Origin: Phoronis australis
Lineage: Eukaryota > Animalia > Phoronida
NCBI GenBank assembly: GCA_002633005.1
Contig: NMRA01000291.1
Location: 1-64,000 of the forward strand
Direction: 5' to 3'
Length of the DNA stretch: 64,000 bases
The translations under genes were made by a program, and so were the position numbers. Every line of letters begins with the position of its first letter. The first letter of the stretch is position 1. The notes under the pieces were generated by a model that saw only the letters and a program-made list of their open reading frames with translations, searched no databases and had not been told where the DNA came from. Shown piece after piece: positions 36,201 through 51,200 of this stretch.

Positions 36201-39200
36201 GAAGTCAGAGAAATGAGTTGTTGGGTCACGTGACCATCACGAGGATGTGCTTATAAAATTAGGTCGCCTTGCATAGCAAAGCGTCAGTGAGTGTTTGAAA
36301 CGTAGAATTATCGCAGAGGAAAATGCCAGCATAAAAGACAAGATGACATTTAGAACTGGCTCGGAGAGAAGTAAGCGATGAAATCTCTATACTCGGCTAA
36401 GATGTGTGTTCAAATTTCCAAGTAGCTGAGTAACTTTTTTTAGAGTTTTCTAAGCTGCGCTACAGCCGGAAACCGGCAGGACGGCCAACAAGCGTTCTCT
36501 CAAGCAGTGGCATTTCTAAAAATAACTCATGGTTTTAGTTTAATGTTTGAGTATAACCAACAATCCTTTTGTGAATCCTACGGATAACGAAGGGCAATAT
36601 TTTACCGCACACAAGTTGTCTCCCGAGTTCAACATAACGCCACTGTCAGAACTGAATAAGTCATTGTATCACTCCGACCAGTAACCTTCAGGATTTATGC
36701 CAGGGTTATTTACTTGAGTACATGCTGAAGTTTATAGTATTGTTTCTCAATCGCTTTCCACTATAAACTTTACGGTCGAAGCACACATAACTGGTAGAAT
36801 TAAAAACATACAGTTAGTACCGTACTATATACTTGCGGTTCATAGCAATAGGGCCGTCCCGGATTACACAGCGACACTCGAATCTCGATGTATTTACCCA
36901 CAATGCCGTAAACATTCGTCAGGCACATTTGCTGCCTAGTTTTGGAGCCACTGGAGTTTCACATGTTATTTGTTGTTGTCTGATTCTTAACAAGTTTTTC
37001 TTGGTCGCATTACTCTATTCGTTCTTCCTTTGCTAACGAATTATTAAGTGTTGTGTTGTGGGCTGCAACACCGGCGTGAAGAAGTTTTATAAACTGGACA
37101 AATACCCGTGGATGCGTGATGTGAAATTCTTTGCCTTCCCGATAATAATGAGACACGAAAATGTGCCTGATTTCAAAAAACCAGATCACGCACCTGGTTA
37201 TCTCCATAATTACGGTGAATAAAAGTTATCTGTAAATGCGTACAAACATCTCCTGTTGAGTGACAATATCTGATGAGTGCAGTTTTCAAATGCAAATTCT
37301 ATACTACTTTTAGTGAGTGCCGGAGCGTGTCATTTTGCGTTCTTTCCAGGTATCGTCATGAAAAAATGCTCGGAAAACTATGCCGCGACATTGTTGTTCT
37401 CAGTGCAGAGTAAAGAATTCGTTATCAGATAAATACATGCAAGGTTGGTTACATTTAATTCAACCGACATCACAACAGTCGCGTTTCAGATTACGCTCTT
37501 TTCACGAATCGTCATGAAAAATGCTTGAAAAATGTCCAGGGTAAAGAATCATTATGAGACAAAATACATATGTACACAGACATTCTCTTGTACTACGCAA
37601 GGTTGATTGCATTCAATTCAACTGACATTCACAAAACGTACCGAGAGTGGCGTTGCAGAATATCCCACGAGACATTATTCCGCGTATCGATACGCCAAGC
37701 CGGTATACTCTTTCATTTTGGACTGTCGCTGTTATCTTTTGATGTACAGCTTTGGAGTAGTGTGCATTTGTGAGTTCAGGCACTTGAATCGCCTACATTT
37801 TACGTTGGCAACAACGCTGTCATTTATACATTTACTGTCTTACTATAAAAAACGAGATGCATATTTGCATGTCATGATAGTCTGCCACCGCTTGCGCGCT
37901 AACAATGGGACCGGCCAGTGCCGTAGTCCGATATCAGTGATGCTGTCGCGGATATTTGATAATGTCACACCTTGCGTGAAAAATAAATAGGTTTTTCTAC
38001 CACAAAGTTTGGCAAGTTGATCGTTTAGGAATTAGTAAACGACCTCTGTTTTGTGACGTTTTATCACATGTTATGCCTTGGTAAGAAACTTTCTTCGGCG
38101 CATCCGGAAATTTGCAAGAGTAGCCAAAACTATTACCGGTAACCAATGAAACGCGTCAAAGATCGATTCTGCATTATCTCATGTTCACACGAGGACTGCT
38201 CTCGGTTAGTATTCTTTTGAACTTGATTTGGCAACAACCTAATCACGGTCGGATTCAGACGAGTTGTGTTATATTTGCCAGTTACCTGCCAAGAAGTGCA
38301 AAAACTAAGCTCACAGACTTCGGAAATTCCAGGCCGCATTTTGCGACTTGATACGAGCTGTCAAAAATCTCAGCTCGCATTTCCAAATTTCACGTCGCAA
38401 ATGCGACCTGCAGCTCGTTATGTCGAGCCCTTTGAATCTTGTTACACCGAAACCTGTTCAGTCACATACTAGCTTCAGTACTTGAGCCAGTTGTAATTAG
38501 TTACTGACCAGTAATTTCCATAATGGCATTAAGAAAAGAACAAAGAACAAGGCAGAGCTTTGTAGATGCATGAATCTTGCGAAGGAAGCTAGCGTGGTCA
38601 CGTGCTTTGTATGGAATATGTGGTGATATCTCACAGTCTTGTGTGATCTTGTGTTGTCGCAAGGTTCTCATGTCAACGGAACGCACGCCTGAGGGAACCA
38701 CTGTTCTTAATATAGTTAAAACTGACGCCACAAATTTTATTTCTTTTTTGGGAATTTGTGGATTTTCATTGAGACCTTAAAAACTGGAGTCATTAAAATG
38801 AGTCTGGTCACTAGAGTCTTAAAAGTTTTAATCAACACAAAGACTAGAAACAGTCTAAATGTCAGTGATTGCAGATTTTGTATTCACTGCTCTGTGTTTT
38901 CTAAACAGGAACATCAAAAGAGATGGTCAAGAACTATGAGAGAGTCGAAATAAGCAATGACTTCTTAATGACAAGAAATAAGTCAATCACTCTCACTTAA
39001 TTGTCATCAATCATACTTGTTTAGAAGGGGAACAAAGTGGATTGCATGCTAACAGGTTTTCTGAGTTGGAAGTCTCCTTTCCTGTTAATGTTCAAGTTCT
39101 AATTTAGCTAATTCTCTGCAAGGAGTTTATTCAAAGCAATTTACCCTGTGGGGATTGTTGTTTTACAGCAAATATTCTCTGTTTATTTATTACTGAAGTC

Positions 39201-42200
39201 ACATTAGCAATACTCATTGCCAGTTTTAGGTGCAAATGTGGCCTACCTTGGCTCTGGTTTTGTAAATTATTCATTTTTCATGAAAGATAGTAAAAAACAG
39301 TGAAACTGGTGTGCCTTGCTGTTGTGATTCGGGTAATAGTCACTGACAGGGTTGCTGCATTTTGAGAACCGGTTTGACACCCGATATTCGGTGGAGAAAA
39401 CTGGTTCTCAAAATGTAGAACAACTGTAAGTGATCATTACCATAATTCATCTTATAAAACCGTTTCCGGAGTCTGTATCACTGATGTTAATGTGGTGTAG
39501 GAGGGTCTGTGCTGTACGCTGTTTTTGATTGCCATTTTCGTTTAGTTTAGGAATTTGGTTTTTCAGTTACTAACGTACTTGATGACACCCTTTGAATGAC
39601 ACCCTTTGAATGACACCCTTTGAATGACACTGTAGATGACATGATGACAATGTAACAGGTTTTGGCCAAGCTTATGTGGTTCTACTGTCTAAGCAGTGAT
39701 CATGAAGACAACCATGTTCCTGTGTCTTGAATAATTTCAAGTTCATTGGGAGATATGCGTTGCCACCTGGTAAAAAATTGGACCAATAAGGCACCCCTGT
39801 TAACACCTATTTACTCACTATTTTATATTATATACCCATTTCAACCTTAGCGTCGCCATACAAATATCCAATTTTTAAATACAATACCTGTTTTAAGTAT
39901 CAGTCCACGGATCCACCGACCACTGTACAGCCAACAAGCGGCAAGGTGGGGGGTCAGCCATTCAGATCCATGTTTAGTCTGATAAATCACATTAGGGATG
40001 AGAGAAATTGGGTGAAGTATGACACCACAAAGTTTGGTGGTTTAGGACATACAAGGGAAGTGTTCTTGGGGGCAAAATGAGGCAATTTCTTGGTGTGGAA
40101 TGAGTCATTTTTGACCAAATTTTCTACTCCAGTTTCTGCTTCAAACAGAATCGTTTCTGAACAATTTTGATATCACATGATAGGTTCATGACCAGTGTCA
40201 GTAAAAACGGCACCGACACTGCAATATCTGTTACCATGGTAACACTGGAACTGTTTCCGTGGAGGTACATTTCCTTCTTGCGAAAAACCAGCAGTAAGTT
40301 GTACCCTTATAGCGAAGCTGCCCCCGCGAGAAAACTAAAAATAATAACATGGACATGTAGAAGACTCCATGCCCTTGAAATTAATACAATAAAAACTTTG
40401 TCAGCCCTTCAGGCAGGCTTGGTAATAGGTGTCTGAATTTCACTATTTTCAGACCGCGTATGTGTATTTGTCATGTTAAACCAGTCACTAGTTGTGCGCC
40501 GTTTCTACGCATTAATATGCNATTGGGAATGCAGTCCTTGTCTTGCTGTTTTTAATGAATGATTTCTGCAATGTGTGAGTTGAGTTGGTTGTGCATAATA
40601 TGGCATTTCTGTGACATCTCCTTTCCAACAGCCAAATTAGCTGATAAATCCATCATCAGATGACATGTACTTGTACTGGCATTAAAATTCCTTGTCTGTG
40701 GCCACCACTGGGTGGCTGTCTATCACTCCAGCTACTGTTACCAGTCCTATTTATGATAAGAGGATTACAGTGATGCATGTGTTAGAGGAACAATGCACTC
40801 AGCCAGTCTCAGCTTTGAGTTTGTTTATTTGGAGTCCTCAGTTTAATGACCCATGAGTTTATATGTGGTGATTAGAGCCCTTCATCTATAAACCACAAGT
40901 CCTATCTGGTGTAGAGTTAAATAAACAGGTGACTGACCCTGGCTGAATCCACAAGTTTCTCTCAATGGCTAGTTTCTGATGTTGTTTTCATCATCTTTCC
41001 TTTCAAAATACTATTATTGTAGGGCAAAGTCAACTTTCCTTTCATGTTACTATTATTACAGGGCTGAAACAGTTGAGGATTCCTGATTCTTTTCAGGTCT
41101 AGAAGTATTATAAATGTTTGTCTAACTGTTTTCACTCTTGTTTGTCTACAGGTGTTATTGCATGTACTTCTGTGACATTATTGAAGTCTGTGGTTATTAG
41201 AACTTGGCACATGGGCTGCTGAAATAAAAAGACCTGCCATGCAACTTTATGTACAAAACTATAAATAGGTTATTCTGTTCATGCATTAGAAGTTTGTTCA
41301 TTTTTAGGTGTCTTATTCCCCAGTCATGAATCAGGGCTCGACGCTATGAAATATTGCCAGGTCGCATTTTGCGACCTAGCCAAAATTTCAGGTCGCATTC
41401 TCAAAATCCAGCTCGCATTCATCAATGTCAGGTGGCAAAAATTTCCCGTCATCAAGAAAATGTTTAGATTATGTTCTTACCTGTGGCGTTAAATACTCAC
41501 AAATTTCAGGTTGCAAAATTGGGTTCTTACGTGCAGGTACGGAATTACGCATAGGCAGATTTAGGGAGGGGGCCCAGGTGGCCCGGAGTCCCCCTCCCTT
41601 GGCTGCCAGAGGCAAAATGAAACAATAGCAGCGTGAAGCGTGAGGAAATAGTAAGTTCAGCAACTAGGACCGACAGCGGACGAGGGGGGGGGCTAGGACA
41701 GAATCATGTTTTCCCGTTTTTTTTATAGTCCACCGACAGATTTTCTGAACAAAAGTCCCCATACCCTCCCCCCACAACTTTCGGGACGCCTGTGCATATA
41801 CAACCGCACTTTGCCCAATTCCCCGAGGCAACATGTTGGGTTCCCTGCCCTCGTTGTGGTATCCTAGGCCCGCCACTGTTACGTTTCTTCACGACCACCA
41901 TTGAAGGGCACTAGTGCACAAGGCTGGTTGCCGACGTGAAAGTTGAATCCGTGCTTTCTAACTGAGTAGCTAAGTTTGCAATGCGAAAAGAGAGAAAATA
42001 CTCGTTGAAAAAGTATCCGCAATTTTGCCAGGTCTGACCTGCTTTGATGACTGTCATTAAAGTCGTTAAACATAACACAGAATGCAAATTCGCTCCACTT
42101 TTGGTTTGCATCCTAAACTTACATGTACTGATCTAGCAACTTAACTCGACGTTTGAAATATATCCTGTCGAAAAAAAATCCTTGAAACGTTGCACTAGCT

Positions 42201-45200
42201 GAATGACATTTTCGGATGCGTGAGAACAATTCAGTGCAAATTTCACAACAAAATGTGCAACTTTCCATAGAATGAAAAGCCTCGAAATAATTCCTGACTC
42301 CGTACCGTTTCCATCGGGTACCGGTAATTCGAGTTTGCTCCTCAATACCTTCCGTGTATGGGAAAAATAGGTCAGTCGCAAAACAATACGCAAGTCACTA
42401 GACTACGTGTTAACTTTCTTTCAGAGGCATAAAACAAAGCAACGGTTTGGTTTTTACCTATTGAGGAAAGACTTTTTTGAAAGCTAAAAGATGAAGACTA
42501 GAAACAGTCTAAATGTCAGTGATTGCGGATTTTGTATTCACTGCTCTGTTTTTTCTAAACAGGAACATCAAAAGAGTTGGTCAAGAACTATGAGAGGGTA
42601 GAAATAAGCAATGGCTTCTTAATGACAAGAAATAAGTCAATCACTCTCACTTAATTGTCATCAATCATACTTGTTTAGATGGGGAACAAAGTGGATTGCA
42701 TGCTAACAGGTTTTCTGAGTTGGAAGTCTCCTTTCCTGTTAATGTTCAAGTTCTAATTTAGCTAATTCTCTGCAAGGAGTTTATTCAAAGCAATTTACCC
42801 TGTGGGGATTGTTGTCTTACAGCAAATATTCTCTGTTTATTTATTAATGAAGTCACATTAGCAATACTCATTGCCAGTTTTAGGTGCAAATGTGGCCTTC
42901 CTTGGCTCTGCTTTTGTAAATTATTCATTTTTCATGAAAGATAGTAAAAAACAGTGAAACTGGTGTGCCTTGCTGTTGTGATTCGGGTAATAGTCACTGA
43001 CAGGGGTACTGCATTTTGAGAACCGGTTTGACACCCGATATTTGGTGGAGAAAACTGGTTCTCAAAATGTAGAACAACTGTAATTGATCATTACCATAAT
43101 TCATCTTATAAAACTATGTTTCAGGAGTCTGTATCACTGATGTTAATGTTTTGTAGGAGGGTCTGTGCTGTATGCTGTTTTTGATTGCCATTTTCGATTA
43201 GTTTAGGAATTTGGTTTTTCAGTTTCTAACGTACTTGATGACACCCTTTGAATCTCACTCTTTGAATCACACTCTTTGAATCACACTGTAGATGACATGA
43301 TGACAATGTAACAGGTTTTGGCCAAGCTTATTTGGTTCTACTGTCTAAGCAGTGATCATGAAGACAACCATGTTCCTGTGTCTTGAATAATTTCAAGTTC
43401 ATTGGGAGATATGCGTTACCACCTGGTAAAAAATTGGACTGATAAGGCACCCCGCTCACTGTTTACTCACTGTTTTATATTATATACCCATTTCTACCTT
43501 AAAGTCTCCATACAAATATCCAATTTTTAAATACAGTACCTTTTTTAATTGGAAAAATTGCCAAAAAGTGATGACATTAATTCAAAAACTGACCTATATT
43601 AGCACATGACATTGATGGGTAGCTCTACTCTAATGGGAGAACCTGTCTGTATTTGAATTGATGCCCATATTAGTCCTATCACTCATACCAGATAATGCTA
43701 GAGGCTGTATGATTCACAGATAAAAAATGATGTGTTTTGACATTTTAAACGAATTATACAGGGTTAGTCAGTCTTATGTTGCCATTACTTTAATTGTATC
43801 AAGTCTTCCCACATGACTTGTCCTAATTGTGTTTTGTTGGGTCATTCTTTCAAGGCTTAACAACTTGCACACTCTGATGACAATGGGCAACAAATTTAGA
43901 AACATAAACAAATATATGTAGTACAAATCCCTGAATGACTTGCTTGGCGACACTCAACACTCCAGGCATTATTAGATACAGTGTATGACTGCAGTTTTTA
44001 AGTGCCTAATCTTGTCATGTTTTCTTTTTGACAAAAAAATCAATTCTTTAACCAAAAATGCTATGAGTGTACTTTAGGTTTTAGTAACGAATGTATCTGA
44101 ACACGACTCCATTCTCTGGTTCAGAGTGATCCTGTTTAGTGATTGTGAGTAATCCCTCATGGTACAGGTGCTTTTCTTCAACTTGGAGCTTTGTGCAGAA
44201 AATTCCCACCTGATATTAATTCCCCTTGACATTTGTGTGGGTAGTAACATATAGGTAAACTTGTTTGAACTCTCATTAAATGTTGGTACTAATTGCTGAT
44301 ACATTAACACTGTAAGCCATAGCCAAGGATATGTTACTGCCTTATGTAGGTAAACTTGTTTGAACTCTCATTAAATGTTGGTACTAATTGCTGATACATT
44401 AACACTATAAGCCATAGCCAAGGATATGTTACTGCCTTGTATCACTAAATTTAAGTTCTTTGGTATTTACACATATGTTATTGAATGGGGAATTTTATTG
44501 TAAAACCTTTTGTTTAGTACATGCTTTTGCGCTATTTCACTAGTAACAAGCTGCCAATGTGTGCGTGTGCGCGCGTGTGTGTGCTGTGCTAGCATGTGTA
44601 CGAATAGGAAATTCTATTCTAGAAGCCATGCTTTTTCATTGATAGGCTGTCAAAAATGTCACGAATTTACACATTCATTCTTAAACTTCTAAAGTCCATA
44701 TTCAAGTATATGCTTTGTGCAGACTATTTCTCTAATATGTTGTCAGGAATTTAACGATATGTTATAAAATGGGAACTTCTGGTCTAAAATCCATAGCTGA
44801 GGATATCATACTTTTGCACTATTTCGTTACTAACAAGTTGTTAAGAATTTACTCATGAATGGTAAGTTCTTTTCTTGGCATAAAATGTATTCCGTGTTTC
44901 AAACCTCTAGATGGATTATAATGAAGAAAATTTAAAGCTGTTTTCGCATTAGACTTAGTTCAACCTAGTTCTCAGTGGGAACATATGGTCAACGTGATAA
45001 CCTACCGACACATAATTATCGCCTTTCTCACTTGATCGTACTAACATTCCACTGTCTTCACTGAAATCCTATTTTTTTCAAGTGTACGAACTTTAATCTC
45101 TTCCCAAAGTTAGATTAGAAAGAATGTTGGTCCACCATTCCAAATCCGTACTGCGAAAGGCGTTTTAGGTTACGAAACCAAGGCCATATGCGATTTATTG

Positions 45201-48200
45201 CTTTGGAAGAAGAATTCTGCATTGTATCATTGTAATTAAAAGTTAGACTTTTACACACGGCATAAAATGTATTGCTTGGAAAACTTGCAGTATGATCGAA
45301 AAAGCTACAGTACATTCGGGTGTGTCAAGCTGTGCCTAATTACCTGGTATTAGACACCTAAATACGAAACACTTGGAACCACTTGTTCAAATGTCATGCA
45401 AGTGCTACTTATCTATACTGTTCCAAAATAGTAGATGTTGATGTGTATTCAGAGATTTACTATTTTAAAAGGTAGTCAAAAGAAACACAGAGAACTGTAA
45501 TTTAAAACATATGCAAGGGATAGTCTTATGCCCCTATAAGTGCAGCAAGGAGCAGACATGAAACAGCCTAAAACCATTTTTGGGGAAATGCCTGATTTCA
45601 GATATAGGCACATGGGCCTGAATACGTTTGACTCGTCATTTGCCATTTGTTGTACTAACGCTTTGAAAAAAGAATAAGCAATAGTGATGAGATGGGGATA
45701 TCATAACTACCACCTCAATGTACATTAAGCATATTGAGAACCTCTCATCCTCTTCAATTTAAGTGCTGAGTTGGATATCTAGACAAGTGAAGACTGATTA
45801 CTAAAGCACATGGCCTCTGTTGATTAAACACTGCTGGCTATTTTTATGCAATCCCAACAGTTTTAAGAACATTTAAGGTCTGGTAGCTACAACTATTAAG
45901 ATACCAGATTTCACCTGTAAATGAAGTTGGCATTTCGGTATATAAAAATCTTTTTTCTGGCATATTTACCGTGTAAGAGATGTGACAAAAACTGTTCTTT
46001 TAAAAGTGTTTTGTTGTGTTTTTACTATTTAGTTTTAATTGAAAGTTGATGGCAAATTTGTCTGGTAACAGGATCATCAAAATATTTGTGATTTTTAGGT
46101 CAAACATGGATAAAGTAAAATTTTGTCATTTTGTAAGTTAAAACAAGACAGTGCCAATGACTTATAAATCATGTAGCACAAGTGCTTAGACAGAATTGCC
46201 CTAATCAAGTGTTATTCCATTACATCTATCAACAGAGTGCATAGTCCATTAATTTTCTAAAGAAGTGATTTCCTAGATTTTTTGCTTGGTTTCCTGTCGA
46301 TAGGAGATCTGAGACATGGAGTTGGCAAAATCACTGTGTTGCATAGAATGGTTTGCTGCATTTTAGAAAGCAACAGGAAATAAACAAAATGTAGCATTTA
46401 GAAAAAAAGTTGCTCTAGGGACACTCAGGTATTGTTAGAACGTTTTGCACAGAGATCATTTTAAAGTATTTGTTGATAATATTTTGATCGCACCATCTAC
46501 AAAAGAGTCTAGTTCTTTGCTAAGTCCATTGCGGAATTTGGTGGAACCCTCTGGTCATTTGTTCACTTGACACTTGCATTCCATTAGGAAACCTGTAATA
46601 CAAACAACTATTTAGCATGTGAGAGCACAAAACAGTCTTATGCCTGAACTTATTTCTCATCCTGGTGTGTAAGACAGTCTGAGTTTATGGTTATACAGCC
46701 ATCATCGTGTCCATCTTTTTGATAGACAGAATTTATTTTGAATGGGTTCGGCGGGATGGACAAAAGTAAAAAATACGGGCAAATATTTTTAAAAACATGG
46801 CTTGATATGAAGTTCGTTTTCATAAATATCTCGACTGTTTGGCAGCCGCTAAAATAGACTGGGGAGTCTGCAGAAGTTGTTGCGCAAAAGGTGCCTTCTT
46901 GGTGCAGTTGCAAATTATTCTGTGCGCACCACAACAATGGTCGCACCTGACAACAGTGTTTGGAATGTCAATGAAACCTCTGAACGGAAACGCTTTTGAC
47001 GCATCTTACTGGTTTTTGCTAAAACGTGCATCTCTCACCTAGACAAATACTATTGGTTACTTTTGGTGCATTTCTTATATTATTGGCCAGTCGAAATTAG
47101 GCTCATTTCATTGCTTTATGTGGAGTTTTGTTGGCTGTATCATATCTATTGTTCGTTCCCCCTGCACAAAAGTGACAATTTGATGGCATGACAGTTGCAA
47201 AGAATTTCTAAAAAATGCATTTATAAAAAATGCAAAATATTTACCTGAATTCAGTCCATACAAGTATGCAGAACGTGGTCTGCCAACTTAACCATATCAT
47301 CCTGTTGCTATCCTATCTTAATAACAACCTGGTGAATTTCATCATGTCCCTGCTGTATCAGAAAATGTAACACTTTTGTTTTTGTTTTGTTTTCTTTTGT
47401 CTGACCTTGTTTGTATCATTTTCTTGCATTCACCATAGTTAAACTGTCTCTTCTACAGAAATGCCTGCACCCTCTGCCACTGTGGCAAGGAGGCCCACCT
47501 GTTACAGCCAAAGAACATGTTGGTGGAGCAGCGTATAGGATGGGTCCAGTATGACAAACACAAAGAGGAGGCCAGGAGTATGGGCTTTGCTTGGGTGCCA
47601 CCCACTTTGTCTCTGGAGAAGGTATGCCTTCTGTTGTTCTCCATAATTTTTATGCTTGTATAAATTGACGTGCTGTAAACCTTTGTGTTGGTAAGTTTTT
47701 CTGTCTGCAGTCGTAGCACATTTTTTGTTTAATTGCTGAACACTTTAGTTCCCACTCAATTAGCTTGTACCCAGTATTCCCTTCCAAGGGTAAAGTTTTA
47801 CTAAAAGAGGAGATTGGTATGGAATTGCTGCAAGTAATAGTTCAGTTGCTGTCTTAAGCAAAAAATGTGTGTTAAGCGACAGTAGTATATAATCTGTTGG
47901 CCTTCTACATCTAGCCTTACCTTTTGATTTATGTTACTGAGGTAAGTATGGTGGTTATCTTGTACTGTCAGTAAATAATGGTCTCATCACTCCTGATATA
48001 TTTCTCAGCAGCATGCAGGGTACTTATTATGATGGTGTGGGCTTGTCCATGGCTGTGATTGACAGTGGACAGTGTGTATGGCGGCTAATTGGTACTGATG
48101 GGTAGAGGATGGATGGTGTGTAATTATTGACAGAAGGATCACAAGAATTCCAAACCAAAAATGCATGAGGCATTCCTGTTGCTTCATCTGACTGTGCATA

Positions 48201-51200
48201 TTAAGAAACAGTTTTGTTGCAAACCATTGGACAGTGCGGATAGTAACACTTCTGGATAATAACTCTTCGCAGTATTGGATAGCAATTCCTCGCAATTTAT
48301 AACCCTGGTTTTTAGATTTCACCACTGTTGCCATCAGCCTTAAGCACAGGTGAAATATTGCTCAAGGTATCTTATTCAATAATCAAACAGATTTAAATAT
48401 TTTATTGTTATGAAAAATGTCATCTTTGGATCTATATAATAACTTATAAGGCTGCACCTCTGTGTGCTTACTGGCTCAGTAAATGATCATTGTACATTGA
48501 TATTAGAAGGGGTGCTGGTTAAAATATAAAAGATGATAGCATAAATAGGGGACCCAGAGGCAAACATTTGCTGAAACCAGTAACAGTAAATGTCAACAGT
48601 TACAGCTATTTCTATTGTCCATGATTGTGCTGTATGGCTACAGTCATGAGGGACAGATTCACATGTCCATCTACCATTACCATGTGAGAGTTCTTTCAAA
48701 GAGACTCATGATTGGTTTTAGCCAAAAGTCAGACAAATTCTGACTATGAATAGCCAAAGTTGCTTTTTGTCTTTTGCATTTCTCAAAACATCTTGTCTTC
48801 TGGCAAACTGGGAATTTCTGTCCATTGACTTCGAGACAGTTCTGACTTTAAACCTTAGCCTGTTCCGTAACAGAAACAGGCTAAGCCATCCCTAGGTTGG
48901 TTTTCAGTCATAACACAAAACCCATTAAATAGACTCTTGGAGGAGCACATCCCTGCTTGCTCACAACATCACTGGCTGATGTGAATTCTGTCCCTATTCT
49001 GCAGCGCACAGAAGGTACATCTCCATTCAGTGTGCAAATTAGTGCACTGACTTATGTTTTTACTTAACCAGTAATTTGGATGAACCGGAAACCAGTCCTG
49101 TTTTGTCTGATGGCCTTTTATGATCGATTTGTTATGCAGATCAAGACCTGGTATCATTCTTAATTAAAACCATTTATGTGCTTTGAGGGCATGCCAGCTT
49201 GAGTTAACTCTAACCAATCTGACATGCAGTAATAATTGGCGGATAAATGAAATAAGAATTTTTTATTTTGTTACAAAAGAATAGTAGCACCCACTTAATG
49301 GTTTACCATCGCTACCATGAGACATTGTTTTTAAGAAATCGTGGTTCAAGGTTCAAAGGTTGATTTTGGCATTTGGGTCGAAAATGTTTCCGTTTGAAAA
49401 TTTAAAGATTTTGTCTGTTGATTTCTAAGTTCCGACAGTAGATTTGCCTACCATATCCTGTAAGTAGAGAACATCTACTTTTTTCTCTTACATGAATGGC
49501 AAGTCATATGTGCTGACATAAGGAAATACCAGAAGTTGTGAAGAGTCAAAGACTTAAACTTTGAAAAACGGGTGCTCAAATTTTATGCTTCATCTCAACA
49601 AAAGAATTTCTGGTACTGAGCAGGTGTTTTCATCATTCAGTCTGAATGTCAGTCAGCCTGCAATGCCGTTTATATTCATTCTGTTGGACTGCTTCTCTGA
49701 TTGAACATTCACCATACACACTTTCCCAATTTTGTTTTGCCTTGAATTAAAAACATTTATATTGGCTTAGCCTTTGACACCATGCATGTAAACGTTTTAC
49801 TTATAGCTGAGTATGTTGACCAATAAAATAGATGTAGATACCAATACCCGTGGGAGTTAATGTCCAGGACGCTTAAATTGGGAGTTTCAAAAATCAGGGT
49901 CCGTACATAAACCCAACTGTTGCTGTTGAGGAGCAAAATATTGAGAAGCCGGGGATGGCCGTTTATCCGAGCAGTCGAATCGCTTACACAAATGCCGTCA
50001 CCATTTTGCGCTCAAGTACAATATTAGTACTGTAAAATCTCCAATTTTGGTGAAAAATGATTGCCTTAATTGATACAGTTTTCTTAGTGCTTCTAAGGTG
50101 GTTGTGAATAGTCACATTTTTTCAAAATATCTGAACGTAGTCATGGTATAGATCTTAAACATGGAAAAGCATTAATTTTGTGCAATCTTTCATGGAAAAA
50201 CATAAAGTATTATTTCATTTGTCGGGGCCATCTTGTTGTATACTAAAGTGATAAGATATTACCGTATGTGCATGAGCTATAGAGAAAAATGGCTATTTTC
50301 TGTCAGAAAATGTCAAGGTGGCACTGAATCTGACTGTTACCTTTGTAAGAGAGTTGCGAGTGTTTTGGGAGCTAAAACTTCTCACGAGCGGGCATTCACA
50401 AAGGCACTGGCACTTTTGACGAAGTGTCACTGGTATGAATTGGGGTGGGTGCTAAGCAGAGCACAAGTGTTTAAAAGTGAAAGCTTGAAAATTACCTTGG
50501 TGGACATTAAGTCCAACGTGGGCATTAACCTGGTTAAGTACGGTTCACCAGGTGATTCAAGATGTTTCCTGGTTTATGCACAGTGCTAGCAAATAGCTGC
50601 CGCAGCTGTACCATCTCGGAACTGGTTTAATACATGGTTATTTATTCTTGGGATTTTTAATTTTTCTTCCATCAGGCGTAAGTCAATTGAGTGGAAGGTG
50701 CTCCAGACTGAGAAATGTACAAAAAGTTGACGCCATCATTTTTTGTGAAAAACATGTCACGCATTAGTTGCCTCTGGTTACAAAGTGATTCATGGAAGAA
50801 TGTGCAAGACATCTATTACCTTGTTTCTGTAAAACTGTTTAAAAACAAGAAGAGGATGTGTACCAAGGTGAAATGTTTATTGCCAATTTCTGAGTATTGT
50901 CTAGTCTGCACACCTTTCAGGCTAACTGCCCCTCTTCAACCCAGAACTTTGACAACAGTTTAAACAGAGTAGCTGACTTGAAATGTTGCTTGTCACCATC
51001 TCCGCCAGTAAAATTAACCTTTTGTATTACACAGGAGCTGAGATGGCTGCTTAAGTCCAGGAGTTATGCTTTCACGTGTACTGACCGAAATTCCGCAAAA
51101 CTAGGGTTGCAGTGTTGTTGGGAAAATGTCAAAAATTTGTACCAACTCCGATGTTTGTTCAAGACAATATTTTCCACCGATTACATAATTTGGGTAAATT

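Larger units (their letters stand above)
34288..39896 (+). repeat. Copy A of a large near-identical duplication
   Basis: Aligns by eye to 40522-43548 with scattered SNPs and indels. Confidence 0.92.

Noticed and set aside
35400-42393. Paired ORFs MQTKSGAN.../MRIVLRLT... suggesting duplicated genes
   Set aside because: Chance ORFs inside a non-autonomous transposon in the duplicated segment; reading frames differ between copies
49940-50015. Possible THAP start on the minus strand (MV..C..FDCS)
   Set aside because: Needs frameshifts and lacks the downstream W/C/H residues
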